From a virus (lineage: Duplodnaviria; Caudoviricetes), in the IMG/VR virus record IMGVR_UViG_3300023283_000016, positions 1-42,202 of that record: a DNA stretch of 42,202 nt; one strand, given 5' to 3'. The translations under genes and the position numbers were made by a program. Below are positions 1 through 8,768 of this stretch, in pieces (position 1 is the stretch's first letter; each line of letters starts with the position of its first letter). A model generated the notes under the pieces. It ran no database searches. It saw nothing but the letters and a program-made list of their open reading frames with translations, and had not been told where the DNA came from.

Positions 1-13
1 AAAGGACCACAGC

Positions 14-271
14 ATGCAGAAAAGCTATCGCAAAGTGGGCGGAGATGGGGGCGTCCGTCTGATGGAGAAGATCAAAGAGAAAAGCCAGGGCATCGTCAGT
101 GTGGTCACGGATGACACTGATATTTCGCTGGCTCATCTGCTTCAGAAGTACGGCAATGGCGACGTGAAGATCGGCTACTGCTTTGACGGGCGGCGTAACC
201 GCTGGCGTGTCGTCAAGATTCGGGCCAAGCGCATTCGGCGCGTTCAGCATCTTTCGGGGGTCAAAGGATGA
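14..271 (+). CDS. Hypothetical protein, first gene after the RNAP-downstream phage promoter across the circular join
   Basis: 85-aa ORF with AAAGGA RBS; no recognisable motif. Confidence 0.65.
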   Translation: MQKSYRKVGGDGGVRLMEKIKEKSQGIVSVVTDDTDISLAHLLQKYGNGDVKIGYCFDGRRNRWRVVKIRAKRIRRVQHLSGVKG

Positions 272-321
272 TGGATTTCTTTTGATAAAACTTTGATCCG
301 TTACCGGGGGGTGATTACATC

Positions 322-468
322 ATGACTTCCGAGCGGTTTCAGAAACTTACCGAGGCTATGCCTCCCGGATCGGTCATTACAGCAGACGATCTTATTGACC
401 GCAGCGAACAACAGAAACGAAAGGAAACGAAACCCATGAACACCAACACCGAAAGAGACTGGAAATAA
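322..468 (+). CDS. Small hypothetical protein (48 aa, MTSERFQKL...RDWK), not in ORF track
   Basis: ATG at 322 preceded by SD-like GGGGGTGAT; fills the gap before ssb and stops 6 nt before the ssb start. Confidence 0.4.
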   Translation: MTSERFQKLTEAMPPGSVITADDLIDRSEQQKRKETKPMNTNTERDWK

Positions 469-474
469 ACCAAA

Positions 475-1134
475 ATGGCAAAGCGCAAGCCGAAATATCA
501 GAAGGTAACGTCCCCGGCAGGCCGGGCAATCTTCCCGCGACTCAATGAACCCGACACGAAGTTCGACGAAGACGGCGTGTTCAAGGTGGACCTTGCGGTT
601 GACCTGGAAAAGGCCGCTGACTTCATGGAGAAGGTCAGTAATATCGTCAATGACTTCGCGGAAGAGCAGCGAGCCGAGCAGCCGAAGCTGAAACGGTATT
701 CCATTGAGATGCCTTGGGAAGACGAGATGGATGACGACGGCAACGAAACCGGCAATGTCCGCATTCGGTTCAAGCGGAAAGCCGTGGTGCGGCCTAAGGA
801 CAAGGAACCGATTCACTTCACGGTTCCCATCTTTGACGCCAAGCTGAACCAAATGAACGAACAGGTTTGGGGCGGCTCGACTCTCAAGGTCAGTGCGGAG
901 ATCGTTCCGTATGCGATGGCCGCGCTCAAGCAGATCGGAGCCTCGTTGCGTATTCGCGGCGTTCAGGTTCTGGAACTGGTGAGCGGTAGCTACGCCGATC
1001 CTTCGTCCATGTTTGACGAAGAGGAAGGCTTTGAGACCACCGGCGACAGCGGCAACTCCAAGAGCGGCGACAACGAGAATGGCGAAGCGGCGGCGGAAGG
1101 CCAGGATGGCGACGACGCGGACGCGGACTTCTAA
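475..1134 (+). CDS. gp2.5: T7 gp2.5-like single-stranded DNA-binding protein
   Basis: SPAGRAIFPRLNEPDTKF, VWGGSTLKV and SLRIRGVQVLELV motifs; acidic C-terminal tail ending in Phe; position before endonuclease I. Confidence 0.93.
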   Translation: MAKRKPKYQKVTSPAGRAIFPRLNEPDTKFDEDGVFKVDLAVDLEKAADFMEKVSNIVNDFAEEQRAEQPKLKRYSIEMPWEDEMDDDGNETGNVRIRFKRKAVVRPKDKEPIHFTVPIFDAKLNQMNEQVWGGSTLKVSAEIVPYAMAALKQIGASLRIRGVQVLELVSGSYADPSSMFDEEEGFETTGDSGNSKSGDNENGEAAAEGQDGDDADADF

Positions 1135-1507
1135 GCCAAACGGAAAGTACCGCTCCAAGTTTGAAGCGAGGATGGCAGAAAGAATCCGTGAGGCGGGGCT
1201 TCCAGTTCGTTATGAAGTTCCCGCTTCGCGGATTTCTTATACCATCCCGGCGCGGCAAACGCGCTACACCCCTGACTTCCTGTTACCCAACGGGATCGCC
1301 CTTGAAATAAAGGGGCGATTCACGGCGGCGGACCGTAAGAAACACCTGCTGATTCAGCGGGAGCATCCCCATCTTGACATTCGCTTTGTGTTTCAGAACG
1401 CCAACAACAAGCTGTATAAGGGGTCTAAGACTACCTATGCGGCGTGGTGTGAGAAACACGGTTTTGAGTTTGCCCACCGAGATATACCTGATGAATGGTT
1501 GAACTGA
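1106..1507 (+). CDS. gp3: Endonuclease I (Holliday junction resolvase), T7 gp3-like
   Basis: YRSKFE, YTPDFLLPNGIALEIKGRF, DRKKHLLI and LDIRFVFQN motifs. Start moved from 1013 to the in-frame ATG at 1106, which has a purine-rich RBS. Confidence 0.95.
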   Translation: MATTRTRTSKPNGKYRSKFEARMAERIREAGLPVRYEVPASRISYTIPARQTRYTPDFLLPNGIALEIKGRFTAADRKKHLLIQREHPHLDIRFVFQNANNKLYKGSKTTYAAWCEKHGFEFAHRDIPDEWLN

Positions 1508-1510
1508 GAA

Positions 1511-1945
1511 GTGTCCCCACAGAAAACCCGACGCGCGACTGAACTGATCGTCATTCATGCGTCGATGACTCCCCCCGACCTAGATGTTGGACTTGCGTAC
1601 CTTGACAAGCGCCACCGAGCTTTAGGCTTCCTGCGTTGCGGCTATCACTATGTTATTCGCCGTGATGGAAGCGTTGAGGCCGGTCGGCCGGTCGATGATT
1701 GCGGGGCTCACTGCTTTGGCGTGAATGACCGAAGCGTTGCTATCTGCATGGTGGGCGGGGATGACAACGACGGAATGGATGGGTTCACAGCGGAGCAGGT
1801 TGAAGCGCTCCGTGCCTTAGTGACCAACACGCAAGCGCGATACCCCGAAGTTAAGCATATTGTCGGCCACCGTGATCTGGACGGATCGACGCGATGCCCC
1901 TGCTTCGATGTTCGCAATGCGTTGAAAGGAATACTGACCCAATGA
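1511..1945 (+). CDS. gp3.5: N-acetylmuramoyl-L-alanine amidase (T7 lysozyme, gp3.5-like)
   Basis: IVIHAS, GYHYVIRRDG, GRP..GAH, GHRDL and CPCFDV Zn-amidase motifs; syntenic with T7 gene 3.5. Confidence 0.93.
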   Translation: MSPQKTRRATELIVIHASMTPPDLDVGLAYLDKRHRALGFLRCGYHYVIRRDGSVEAGRPVDDCGAHCFGVNDRSVAICMVGGDDNDGMDGFTAEQVEALRALVTNTQARYPEVKHIVGHRDLDGSTRCPCFDVRNALKGILTQ

Positions 1946-2217
1946 GTGCCGCAACTATGACAATGCCTCAGACACAAAACGGGATGGTGATTCAGCATCT
2001 GGAATCAACAGACCCGCAGACCGGCGAGCCGCGCACGATCTCCCCGCTGGAAGCGTTTGCGCTTTACCGCATCTTCCGGCTATCCGCCCGCGTCTATGAC
2101 ATCAACAAGCGGTTCGAGGCGGACGGCGACTCGCGCCGCATCGTGGCCGAACTGAAGTACGACCCGAACGGCAAGCGGTACGCCCGCTACTCGCTAGAGG
2201 AAGATGCCGGTGAGTAA
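1942..2217 (+). CDS. Small winged helix-turn-helix protein (HTH_39-like)
   Basis: ISPLEAFALYRIFRLSARVYDI...YARYSL resembles phage wHTH proteins; the ATG at 1942 overlaps the amidase stop (ATGA). Confidence 0.7.
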   Translation: MSAATMTMPQTQNGMVIQHLESTDPQTGEPRTISPLEAFALYRIFRLSARVYDINKRFEADGDSRRIVAELKYDPNGKRYARYSLEEDAGE

Positions 2218-3877
2218 CGCCGCTGAGTTTGTCGGACACCGGCCGTGTCCTAAGTGCGGCTCGTCGGATGCTCTTGGCGAATACTCAAGCGGCTGGGCGC
2301 ACTGCTTCTCCTGTGACGCGAATATTCCTGTGACTAACGAAGCGGAAGGGGCAGCCCCTGCTGACGGAAGCCCTGGTAGCCGTGATCCTGTGGTTACTTC
2401 TGGTGGCCGCAAACACGGACTGGTCGATATTGGCGAGCCTTCGGCGATTTCCAAGCGAGGACTGACAGACACCACCTGCAAGTTCTGGCGTTATCACGTC
2501 GGCAGCTACAAAGGCCAGCCGGTACAGATAGCCAACTACCTTGACGACCGCCGCCGAGTAGTCGCACAGAAGATTCGCTTCCGCGACAAGGACTTTAAGC
2601 TGCTGGGCGATTCATCGAAGATTGGCCTGTATGGTCAATGGCTCTGGCGGGACCACGGACGGCGTGTGGTTGTCACTGAAGGCGAGATCGATGCGCTGTC
2701 CCTGAGTCAGCTTCAAGGTAACAAATGGCCGGTGGTGTCGGTCCCGCAGGGTGCGCAAAGCGCCAAGCGGTACATTGCTCGCAACCTTGAGTGGCTTGAA
2801 GGTTTCGATGAAGTCGTCTTTCTCTTTGACAACGACGACCCCGGCCGCGCGGCGGCGGAAGAGTGCGCTCAGGTAATCTCCCCCGGCAAGGCCAAGATTG
2901 CCGCGCTGCCGCTTAAGGATGCCAACGAGATGCTGGTTGCGGGGCGGGCCAAGGAACTGCTGGATGCGCCCTGGTCGGCCAAAGTGTATCGACCGGACAG
3001 CATTGTGTGCGGTGACGAGATATGGGAAGACTTGATCTCGGAAGAGGAAGTCGAGTCCATACCGTATCCGTGGCAAGGGCTGAATACCAAGACGCAGGGC
3101 ATACGTCCGCGTGAACTGGTTGTTCTCTGTGCGGGCACAGGAATAGGCAAGTCGACGATATCGCGGGAACTGGCTTACCACCTTCTACAACGTGGCGAAG
3201 GCGTTGGCTACATAGCGCTCGAAGAGAGCTACAGGAAAAGCGCGCTGGGCATCATGGGGCTGCACCTGAATAAGCCCCTGATGATTGACCGGTCCAAGGC
3301 CAGCGAAGATGAAATGAAGGAAGCTTATGGTGCTACAGTTGGCAGCGGTCGCGCCTACTTTTATGACCACTTCGGTTCGCTGGATAGTGAACGTCTGGTG
3401 GGACATATCCGTTATATGGCGAGAGCCTTCGATGTCGGATGGGTGTTCCTCGATCACGTCAGCATTGTCGTGAGCGGCATTGATGACGGCGACGAGCGTC
3501 GAATCCTAGACAACGTAATGACGCGGCTTCGCAGCGTGGTCGAAGAGACAGGCATCGGTCTGTTCGTAATCAGCCATCTGAAGCGCCCGGAAGGAAAAGG
3601 CCACGAAGAGGGAGCAATCACGTCCCTATCACAGCTTCGTGGTTCCCAAGCGATTCCCCAGCTTAGCGACATTGTTCTCGGCTTTGAGCGGGACCAGCAG
3701 GACGCCGACGAGGCGAATGTTCTGGCTGTCCGTGTTCTGAAGAATCGCTTCTCTGGCGACACAGGAATAGCCAACGAGCTTTCCTATTCCAAAGACACAG
3801 GAAGACTAACCGAGTACGGCGGGGACTTTGCGGAAACGCCGAAGTCGGAAGGAAGTGATACCAATGACGATTTTTGA
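2204..3877 (+). CDS. gp4: Primase-helicase, T7 gp4-like
   Basis: N-terminal Zn ribbon (CPKC...HCFSC), TOPRIM motifs (TEGEIDALS, FDNDDPG), Walker A (AGTGIGKS), FLDHVSIVVSG, LRGSQ and VLKNRFSG. Confidence 0.97.
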   Translation: MPVSNAAEFVGHRPCPKCGSSDALGEYSSGWAHCFSCDANIPVTNEAEGAAPADGSPGSRDPVVTSGGRKHGLVDIGEPSAISKRGLTDTTCKFWRYHVGSYKGQPVQIANYLDDRRRVVAQKIRFRDKDFKLLGDSSKIGLYGQWLWRDHGRRVVVTEGEIDALSLSQLQGNKWPVVSVPQGAQSAKRYIARNLEWLEGFDEVVFLFDNDDPGRAAAEECAQVISPGKAKIAALPLKDANEMLVAGRAKELLDAPWSAKVYRPDSIVCGDEIWEDLISEEEVESIPYPWQGLNTKTQGIRPRELVVLCAGTGIGKSTISRELAYHLLQRGEGVGYIALEESYRKSALGIMGLHLNKPLMIDRSKASEDEMKEAYGATVGSGRAYFYDHFGSLDSERLVGHIRYMARAFDVGWVFLDHVSIVVSGIDDGDERRILDNVMTRLRSVVEETGIGLFVISHLKRPEGKGHEEGAITSLSQLRGSQAIPQLSDIVLGFERDQQDADEANVLAVRVLKNRFSGDTGIANELSYSKDTGRLTEYGGDFAETPKSEGSDTNDDF

Positions 3878-4154
3878 TCGACTCCGAAAGCGTCACCAAG
3901 CTTGGCGCAATCGGCTGGCGACACACGTTCATAACGAACAACGAGATCGCCAACAACTGGCCAAGCTGTTTCACCGGCGAGACGCCAAGCGGCGGCGGGC
4001 TTCGGAAGCTTTGCTGACTGGTCAGTACGGTCGCTCGTCCAAGCTGACCCGCGAGGCGCAGACCATTGAACGTAAGATTGGCCTCATTGAGCGCAATCGG
4101 CGCGTGCGGCGGGGGCGGGTGATGGTGTATGTCGAACAGACGTTTCGTGTTTGA
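3864..4154 (+). CDS. Basic hypothetical protein
   Basis: ATG at 3864 with AAGGAAG RBS; overlaps both flanking genes, as expected in a coupled operon. Confidence 0.6.
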   Translation: MTIFDRLRKRHQAWRNRLATHVHNEQRDRQQLAKLFHRRDAKRRRASEALLTGQYGRSSKLTREAQTIERKIGLIERNRRVRRGRVMVYVEQTFRV

Positions 4155-5994
4155 TATCGAAACGGACGGTCTTCTACACCAGCTAACCAAATGCCATTGC
4201 CTTGTGATCGCTGACCTGGACACCGAGCAGGTCTACTCGTTCGCCGACCAAGACGGCTACTCGCCGATATCGGATGGCTTGAAGCTTTTGACTGACGCCG
4301 AATTGCTGGTAGGTCACAACATAATCAAGTTTGACATACCGGCCTTGCGTCTGATGTATCCGGAGTTTTCCACGCAGGCGAAGATTCGGGATACGCTAAC
4401 GCTGTCGTGGTTGATATGGACGGACATAAAGGAACTAGACTTCCGGTTCATGCGTACCAAGTATCCGGACTTTCCTAAGCGGTTGCTTGGGCGGCACAGT
4501 CTGGAAGCTTGGGGCCATCGCGTGGGCGCTCTGAAGGATGACTTCGGAAAGACTACGGATTGGTCAGAGTGGTCCCAAGCGATGCAGGACTACTGCGTGC
4601 AGGACGTAAACGCCAACGTTGCGTTCTGGCGGCTTATCGAATCCAAGCAGTACTCTGAACGAGCGATCCAGCTTGAACACGACTTTCAACAGTGCGTGTG
4701 GCTGCAAGAGCAGCACGGCTGGGCGTTCAATCGGCGGGCTGCCGCTGATCTCTACGCAACGATGGGGCAGCGTCGGCTGGATATTGAGAACCAGCTAAAA
4801 GAGATGGTTCCCCCAAAGCGGCAGGAAATGAAGATGCCGCAGTATTGGGAAGCCCCGGACGGTCAGCAGTTCCGCACCAAGAAAGACGGCCAGCAGGCCG
4901 GGTTTAAGCCGAGTCAACTGGCGCGCGGACCCAACCGCGTCAAAGAGATTCCGTTTAATCCGGCGAGCCGCGATCAGATCGCTGACTTCCTGATTCACGC
5001 AAAAGGGTGGAAGCCCAAGCAATATACAGACGGTGGCAAGCCGCAGGTCGATGAAACGGCGCTGGCTGATTTGCCGTTTGAGGAAGCGGAGCTTCTGACT
5101 GAATACCTGATGCTTAACAAGAGGATCGGGCAGCTTGCTGAAGGGCAGAACGCCTGGCTGAAGTGTGAGCAGAACGGGCGCATCTACGGTGAAGTCACAA
5201 CCAACGGGTGTGTCACCGGACGCTGCACACACAAGCGGCCCAATCTGGCTCAGGTTCCCGGCGTAAAGGATCGCCAAGGAAACGTTCAGCCCTACGGCCG
5301 CGAGTGCCGGGAGCTATTTACGGCGTCGGATGGATTCGTTCTGGTTGGCTGTGACGCTTCGGGCCTAGAACTTCGCTGTCTGTCGCATTACATCGCCCGC
5401 TATGACGGCGGCGAGTACGCCAAGATTCTTCTGGAGGGTGACGTTCACGCGCATAACCAGAAGGCGGCGGGCCTGCCTGAGCGCAACATGGCGAAGACGT
5501 TTATCTACGCTTGGCTCTACGGCGCGGGTGACGCCAAGATCGGCAGCATTGTCGGTAAGGGTCCGAAGGAAGGGAAGCGGCTGAAGAATGAGTTCCTAAA
5601 GGCTAACCCTGCTGTCGCCAAGCTGCTGAAGGCAGTCCAGCACGCGGTAAGTACCCGGAAGCATTTGATCGGCTTGGATGGGCGAGTCCTGCGTATCCGA
5701 TCCCAGCACGCGGCGTTGAACACGCTGCTTCAGTCGGCCGGGGCGGTGATCATGAAGCAGGCACTGGTGAACCTGAAACAGTCACTGGATGCTGATGGAT
5801 GGGTATTCGGCACGGACTATGCCTTTGTCGGCAATATTCACGATGAGATTCAGTCCGAAGTCCTTCCGGAGCAAGCGGACGCGTTCGGCGATAAGGCTGT
5901 CGCGGCGATCCGCCAGGCTGGTGATGATTTCAACTTTCGCTGTCCGCTGGATGGCGAATACCAGATCGGCGAGACGTGGGCGGACACACACTAA
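4129..5994 (+). CDS. gp5: DNA polymerase, family A (T7 gp5-like) with 3'-5' exonuclease domain
   Basis: FDIETDG (Exo I), GHNIIKFD (Exo II), YCVQDV (Exo III), DASGLELR (motif A), RNMAKTFIYAWLYG (motif B), NIHDEIQ (motif C). Confidence 0.97.
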   Translation: MSNRRFVFDIETDGLLHQLTKCHCLVIADLDTEQVYSFADQDGYSPISDGLKLLTDAELLVGHNIIKFDIPALRLMYPEFSTQAKIRDTLTLSWLIWTDIKELDFRFMRTKYPDFPKRLLGRHSLEAWGHRVGALKDDFGKTTDWSEWSQAMQDYCVQDVNANVAFWRLIESKQYSERAIQLEHDFQQCVWLQEQHGWAFNRRAAADLYATMGQRRLDIENQLKEMVPPKRQEMKMPQYWEAPDGQQFRTKKDGQQAGFKPSQLARGPNRVKEIPFNPASRDQIADFLIHAKGWKPKQYTDGGKPQVDETALADLPFEEAELLTEYLMLNKRIGQLAEGQNAWLKCEQNGRIYGEVTTNGCVTGRCTHKRPNLAQVPGVKDRQGNVQPYGRECRELFTASDGFVLVGCDASGLELRCLSHYIARYDGGEYAKILLEGDVHAHNQKAAGLPERNMAKTFIYAWLYGAGDAKIGSIVGKGPKEGKRLKNEFLKANPAVAKLLKAVQHAVSTRKHLIGLDGRVLRIRSQHAALNTLLQSAGAVIMKQALVNLKQSLDADGWVFGTDYAFVGNIHDEIQSEVLPEQADAFGDKAVAAIRQAGDDFNFRCPLDGEYQIGETWADTH

Positions 5995-6365
5995 GTCGGC
6001 ACACGATATATCGACAAAAGAACCCTTCGCTGATGCTATGGCGGGCCGCTAAGCGGCGGGCTGTTCGTCTTGGCGTTCCGTTTAACATCGAAGTCCAAGA
6101 CATTGAGATTCCGCACACCTGCCCGGTCATGGGCATACCCATCGAACATAATTGGGGCGACCACAGAAACAGCGACTACTCGCCTTCTCTGGATCGCCTC
6201 ATTCCGTCTTTGGGCTACACGAAGGGTAATGTTCTGGTTGTGTCGCGGCGATGCAACCGGATCAAGTCGGATGCAACGGTAGCGGAGCTTCGCGCCATTG
6301 CAGACTTCTATGAACGCAACGCCGCCAAGCAACTGATGAGCAACAAAGACCATGAAAGTGATTGA
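5976..6365 (+). CDS. HNH-like endonuclease
   Basis: IPHTCPVMGIP...SPSLDRLIPSLGYTKGNVLVVSRRCNRIK is typical of phage HNH/His-Me finger nucleases. Confidence 0.75.
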   Translation: MGGHTLSRHTIYRQKNPSLMLWRAAKRRAVRLGVPFNIEVQDIEIPHTCPVMGIPIEHNWGDHRNSDYSPSLDRLIPSLGYTKGNVLVVSRRCNRIKSDATVAELRAIADFYERNAAKQLMSNKDHESD

Positions 6366-6630
6366 CCCGCATCCCATCGAACTGTTCACAACCGAAGAGC
6401 TTCTGCGAGAGATCACGAAGCGAACTAAGGGCTTCGTGTTCGTCGGGCTTTGGGCGGACGGTAAGCTTTCTATGTCGGGCGTTGTGGACGTGAGTATTCG
6501 TTCCACGCCGCCGTGGAATGACGAAGAGCGTGCCAAGATTCGCAGCGGACTCCAACGAGAGATGGCTACTCCAAAGTGGGAGTCGAAGAGCAGTGAGTAC
6601 GATCCCAACAGCAAATACAAAGGTAACTAA
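6352..6630 (+). CDS. Hypothetical protein
   Basis: 92-aa ORF coupled to the exonuclease by TAATG overlap. Confidence 0.6.
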   Translation: MKVIDPHPIELFTTEELLREITKRTKGFVFVGLWADGKLSMSGVVDVSIRSTPPWNDEERAKIRSGLQREMATPKWESKSSEYDPNSKYKGN

Positions 6631-7427
6631 TGCGATTCAAACGCTCTATTCTGATCGACGGCGATATTGTTGCCTATCAGTTCGCGGCCCGCGCCGAAGA
6701 GCCGATTGAATGGGACAATGAGATTTGGAGTCTTCACGCCGACTGTGGCGCTGCCAAGGTTCAGGTATCCAACTACATTGACGAGTTGGCTGAGATGCTG
6801 GAAGCGGACAACGTGGTTGTGGCGCTGTCTGATCCTTTGCGGCACTATTTTCGCCATGACATCTATCCGGAAGCGTACAAGCAGAACCGGAAAGAGGCGC
6901 GTCCGCCTATTATCCTCAAGGCGATCAAGGAATACCTTGAGGGCAACTACAATTCCTACATTCGGCCGCGACTGGAAGCCGACGATATCCTCGGCATCTT
7001 GGCCACAAACCCCAAGCTGGAACCGTCCGCTGAAAAGGTAATCGTCAGTCTTGACAAAGACATGCTGACGCTGCCCTGTTTGCTGTTCAATCCGGAGAAG
7101 GCTGACGACGGCATCTGGGAAGTGTCCGAACAGGATGCGGATTGGTATTTCATGTATCAGACGTTGTGCGGCGACCCCACAGACGGCTACCCAGGGTGTC
7201 CGGGTGTTGGCCCAAAGACGGCCGCGAAGCTGCTTAAGGATGCTACAACGTTGAGCCAACAGTGGGCCGTTGTGGTGGACGCGTTTTGTAAGGCCAAGCT
7301 GAGTTACGCGGAAGCGCTTCGTAATGCGCGCATGGCTCGCATACTGCGGGCCTGTGATTACAACTTCAAGAAAAGGGAGCCGAAGCTATGGCAGCCGCCC
7401 AAGACACCGACCACGGATTCCGAGTGA
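6630..7427 (+). CDS. gp6: 5'-3' exonuclease, T7 gp6-like
   Basis: LIDGDIVAY, YKQNRK, LEADDILGI, SLDKDM and GDPTDGYPGCPGVGPKTA motifs. Confidence 0.95.
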   Translation: MRFKRSILIDGDIVAYQFAARAEEPIEWDNEIWSLHADCGAAKVQVSNYIDELAEMLEADNVVVALSDPLRHYFRHDIYPEAYKQNRKEARPPIILKAIKEYLEGNYNSYIRPRLEADDILGILATNPKLEPSAEKVIVSLDKDMLTLPCLLFNPEKADDGIWEVSEQDADWYFMYQTLCGDPTDGYPGCPGVGPKTAAKLLKDATTLSQQWAVVVDAFCKAKLSYAEALRNARMARILRACDYNFKKREPKLWQPPKTPTTDSE

Positions 7428-8326
7428 TGCCTACTGATCCCGCCGAGCGAAAGGGACATCCCATTGTGCGGGGGATGCTAGACTACTTTCCCGATGCGTG
7501 CGCGAAGGTCGCCGAACTGAGCCGCATCGGCAACGATCAACACAATCCCGGCCAGCCTATGCACTGGGCGAGGGACAAGTCGACGGATCATGCGGACTGT
7601 ATTGTTCGCCATTTGATTGATCGTGGGAAGCGGGACTCCGATGGCGTCTTGCACGATGTTAAGGTGGCGTGGCGCGCCCTGGCCAATCTTCAGGTGACAC
7701 TTGAAGAGCAGGATGCCGCGTCTGACGCTGATGGCAGTGCGTCCGCTGCGGCAGGTGACGCTGACCAAGTAAACAAGTCCCAAGAGAAATCGTCACTGGC
7801 ATCGTCGTGTCCTCAATATGTCAATGCGGGCGAGTATAGACCCCCAAAAGCGGGGGAGAACTATCGCAGCCGCTATACCGGAGATGTTTTGTTCGCCGAG
7901 AACGACTGGCCAGATAAGGTAAGCCGCTGCATTGTTCGCCCGCGCCGCGTGTACGTCGCTGGTCCCATGCGGGGATACCGCCTCTGCAACTTCCCGGCGT
8001 TCGACACAGCGGCGGGCAAGCTAAAGCTGGCGGGCTGGGACGTGGTTAATCCGGCTGAGCTAGACCGCGAGGCTGGTATTGATCCGGCCGAAGTTGACCA
8101 GATGGATGAGGCCCAACAGTCCCAGTTTTTGCGGGACTGCATGCGGCGAGATTTGCAGGAAATCTGTTCCTGTGACGCCTTGGCGCTTTTGCCGGGCTGG
8201 GAAGACTCTCATGGGGTCGCTGTGGAACTGCAACTGGCGAAGATGCTTGGACTTATGATTCTGGACGCCCGCACCTTGAGGCCGCTTGATCCGATTAAGT
8301 GCCACTCTAGGACCACGAAAGGCTAA
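7427..8326 (+). CDS. Fusion of a dATP/dGTP diphosphohydrolase-like (DUF5664-like) domain and a DUF4406/nucleoside-deoxyribosyltransferase-like domain
   Basis: N-terminus YFPDA...GNDQHNPG.PMHWARDKSTDHADCIVRHL...AWRALANLQ; C-terminus VYVAGPMRG..NFPAF...NPAELD...CDALALLPGWEDSHG..VE. Start at the TGATG overlap with the exonuclease stop. Confidence 0.75.
   Translation: MPTDPAERKGHPIVRGMLDYFPDACAKVAELSRIGNDQHNPGQPMHWARDKSTDHADCIVRHLIDRGKRDSDGVLHDVKVAWRALANLQVTLEEQDAASDADGSASAAAGDADQVNKSQEKSSLASSCPQYVNAGEYRPPKAGENYRSRYTGDVLFAENDWPDKVSRCIVRPRRVYVAGPMRGYRLCNFPAFDTAAGKLKLAGWDVVNPAELDREAGIDPAEVDQMDEAQQSQFLRDCMRRDLQEICSCDALALLPGWEDSHGVAVELQLAKMLGLMILDARTLRPLDPIKCHSRTTKG
8294..8311 (+). promoter_or_regulatory. 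Phage RNAP promoter at the start of the morphogenesis module
   Basis: ATTAAGTGCCACTCTAGG, one of five near-identical copies; T7-like layout of AT-rich 5' part, core and TAGG start. Confidence 0.85.
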
Positions 8327-8328
8327 CT

Positions 8329-8526
8329 ATGGATCGAGAAGAGCGTTTAATCGAGACTCCGATTCCGTTGGCCTTGCTCCGTGAACTGGATGAGATTTAT
8401 CCGCACCGATGCCCCTCATTGGGTAAATCAGCGGATGAAATCTGGCACTACTCCGGCAAGCGGGCCGTGGTTGATTTTCTGACGACAGCCTATGAACAGC
8501 AACAAGAGCTTGGAGATGTCGAGTAA
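8329..8526 (+). CDS. Conserved small T7-like phage protein upstream of portal
   Basis: LDEIYPHRCP...EIWHYSGKRAVVDFL resembles small proteins found at this position in T7-like phages; AAAGG RBS. Confidence 0.75.
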   Translation: MDREERLIETPIPLALLRELDEIYPHRCPSLGKSADEIWHYSGKRAVVDFLTTAYEQQQELGDVE

Positions 8527-8759
8527 TGTCCTTTTCTTCACCTGATCCGCCCGAACCGCAGGGGCCACCGCCTGAGCCGGATGAGCCTCGACTGACTATC
8601 GGAGACAAGCGGAAGAAACGAAAGCGCAAGAAATCCAAAGGGACGCTCGATCCACGGCGGGGGTTAGATTCCCTGCAAATTGGCCTGAATGTTCCAAGCA
8701 GTAGTCGAAACTCCAGGTCGGGCGGTTCATCCTCTGGCCTGTCACTTCCTCGACGGTAA
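8526..8759 (+). CDS. Putative virion assembly protein (gp6.7/gp7.3 position)
   Basis: Pro-rich N-terminus, basic stretch, ...RRGLDSLQIGLN...SGLSLP; directly before portal. Confidence 0.65.
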   Translation: MSFSSPDPPEPQGPPPEPDEPRLTIGDKRKKRKRKKSKGTLDPRRGLDSLQIGLNVPSSSRNSRSGGSSSGLSLPRR

Positions 8760-8768
8760 TACGACAAC

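Noticed and set aside
301-1158. 285-aa minus-strand ORF
   Set aside because: Antisense shadow of ssb with no recognisable motifs.
7427-8326. Z-genome (2-aminoadenine) pathway
   Set aside because: No purZ-like adenylosuccinate synthetase homolog is visible in the genome.
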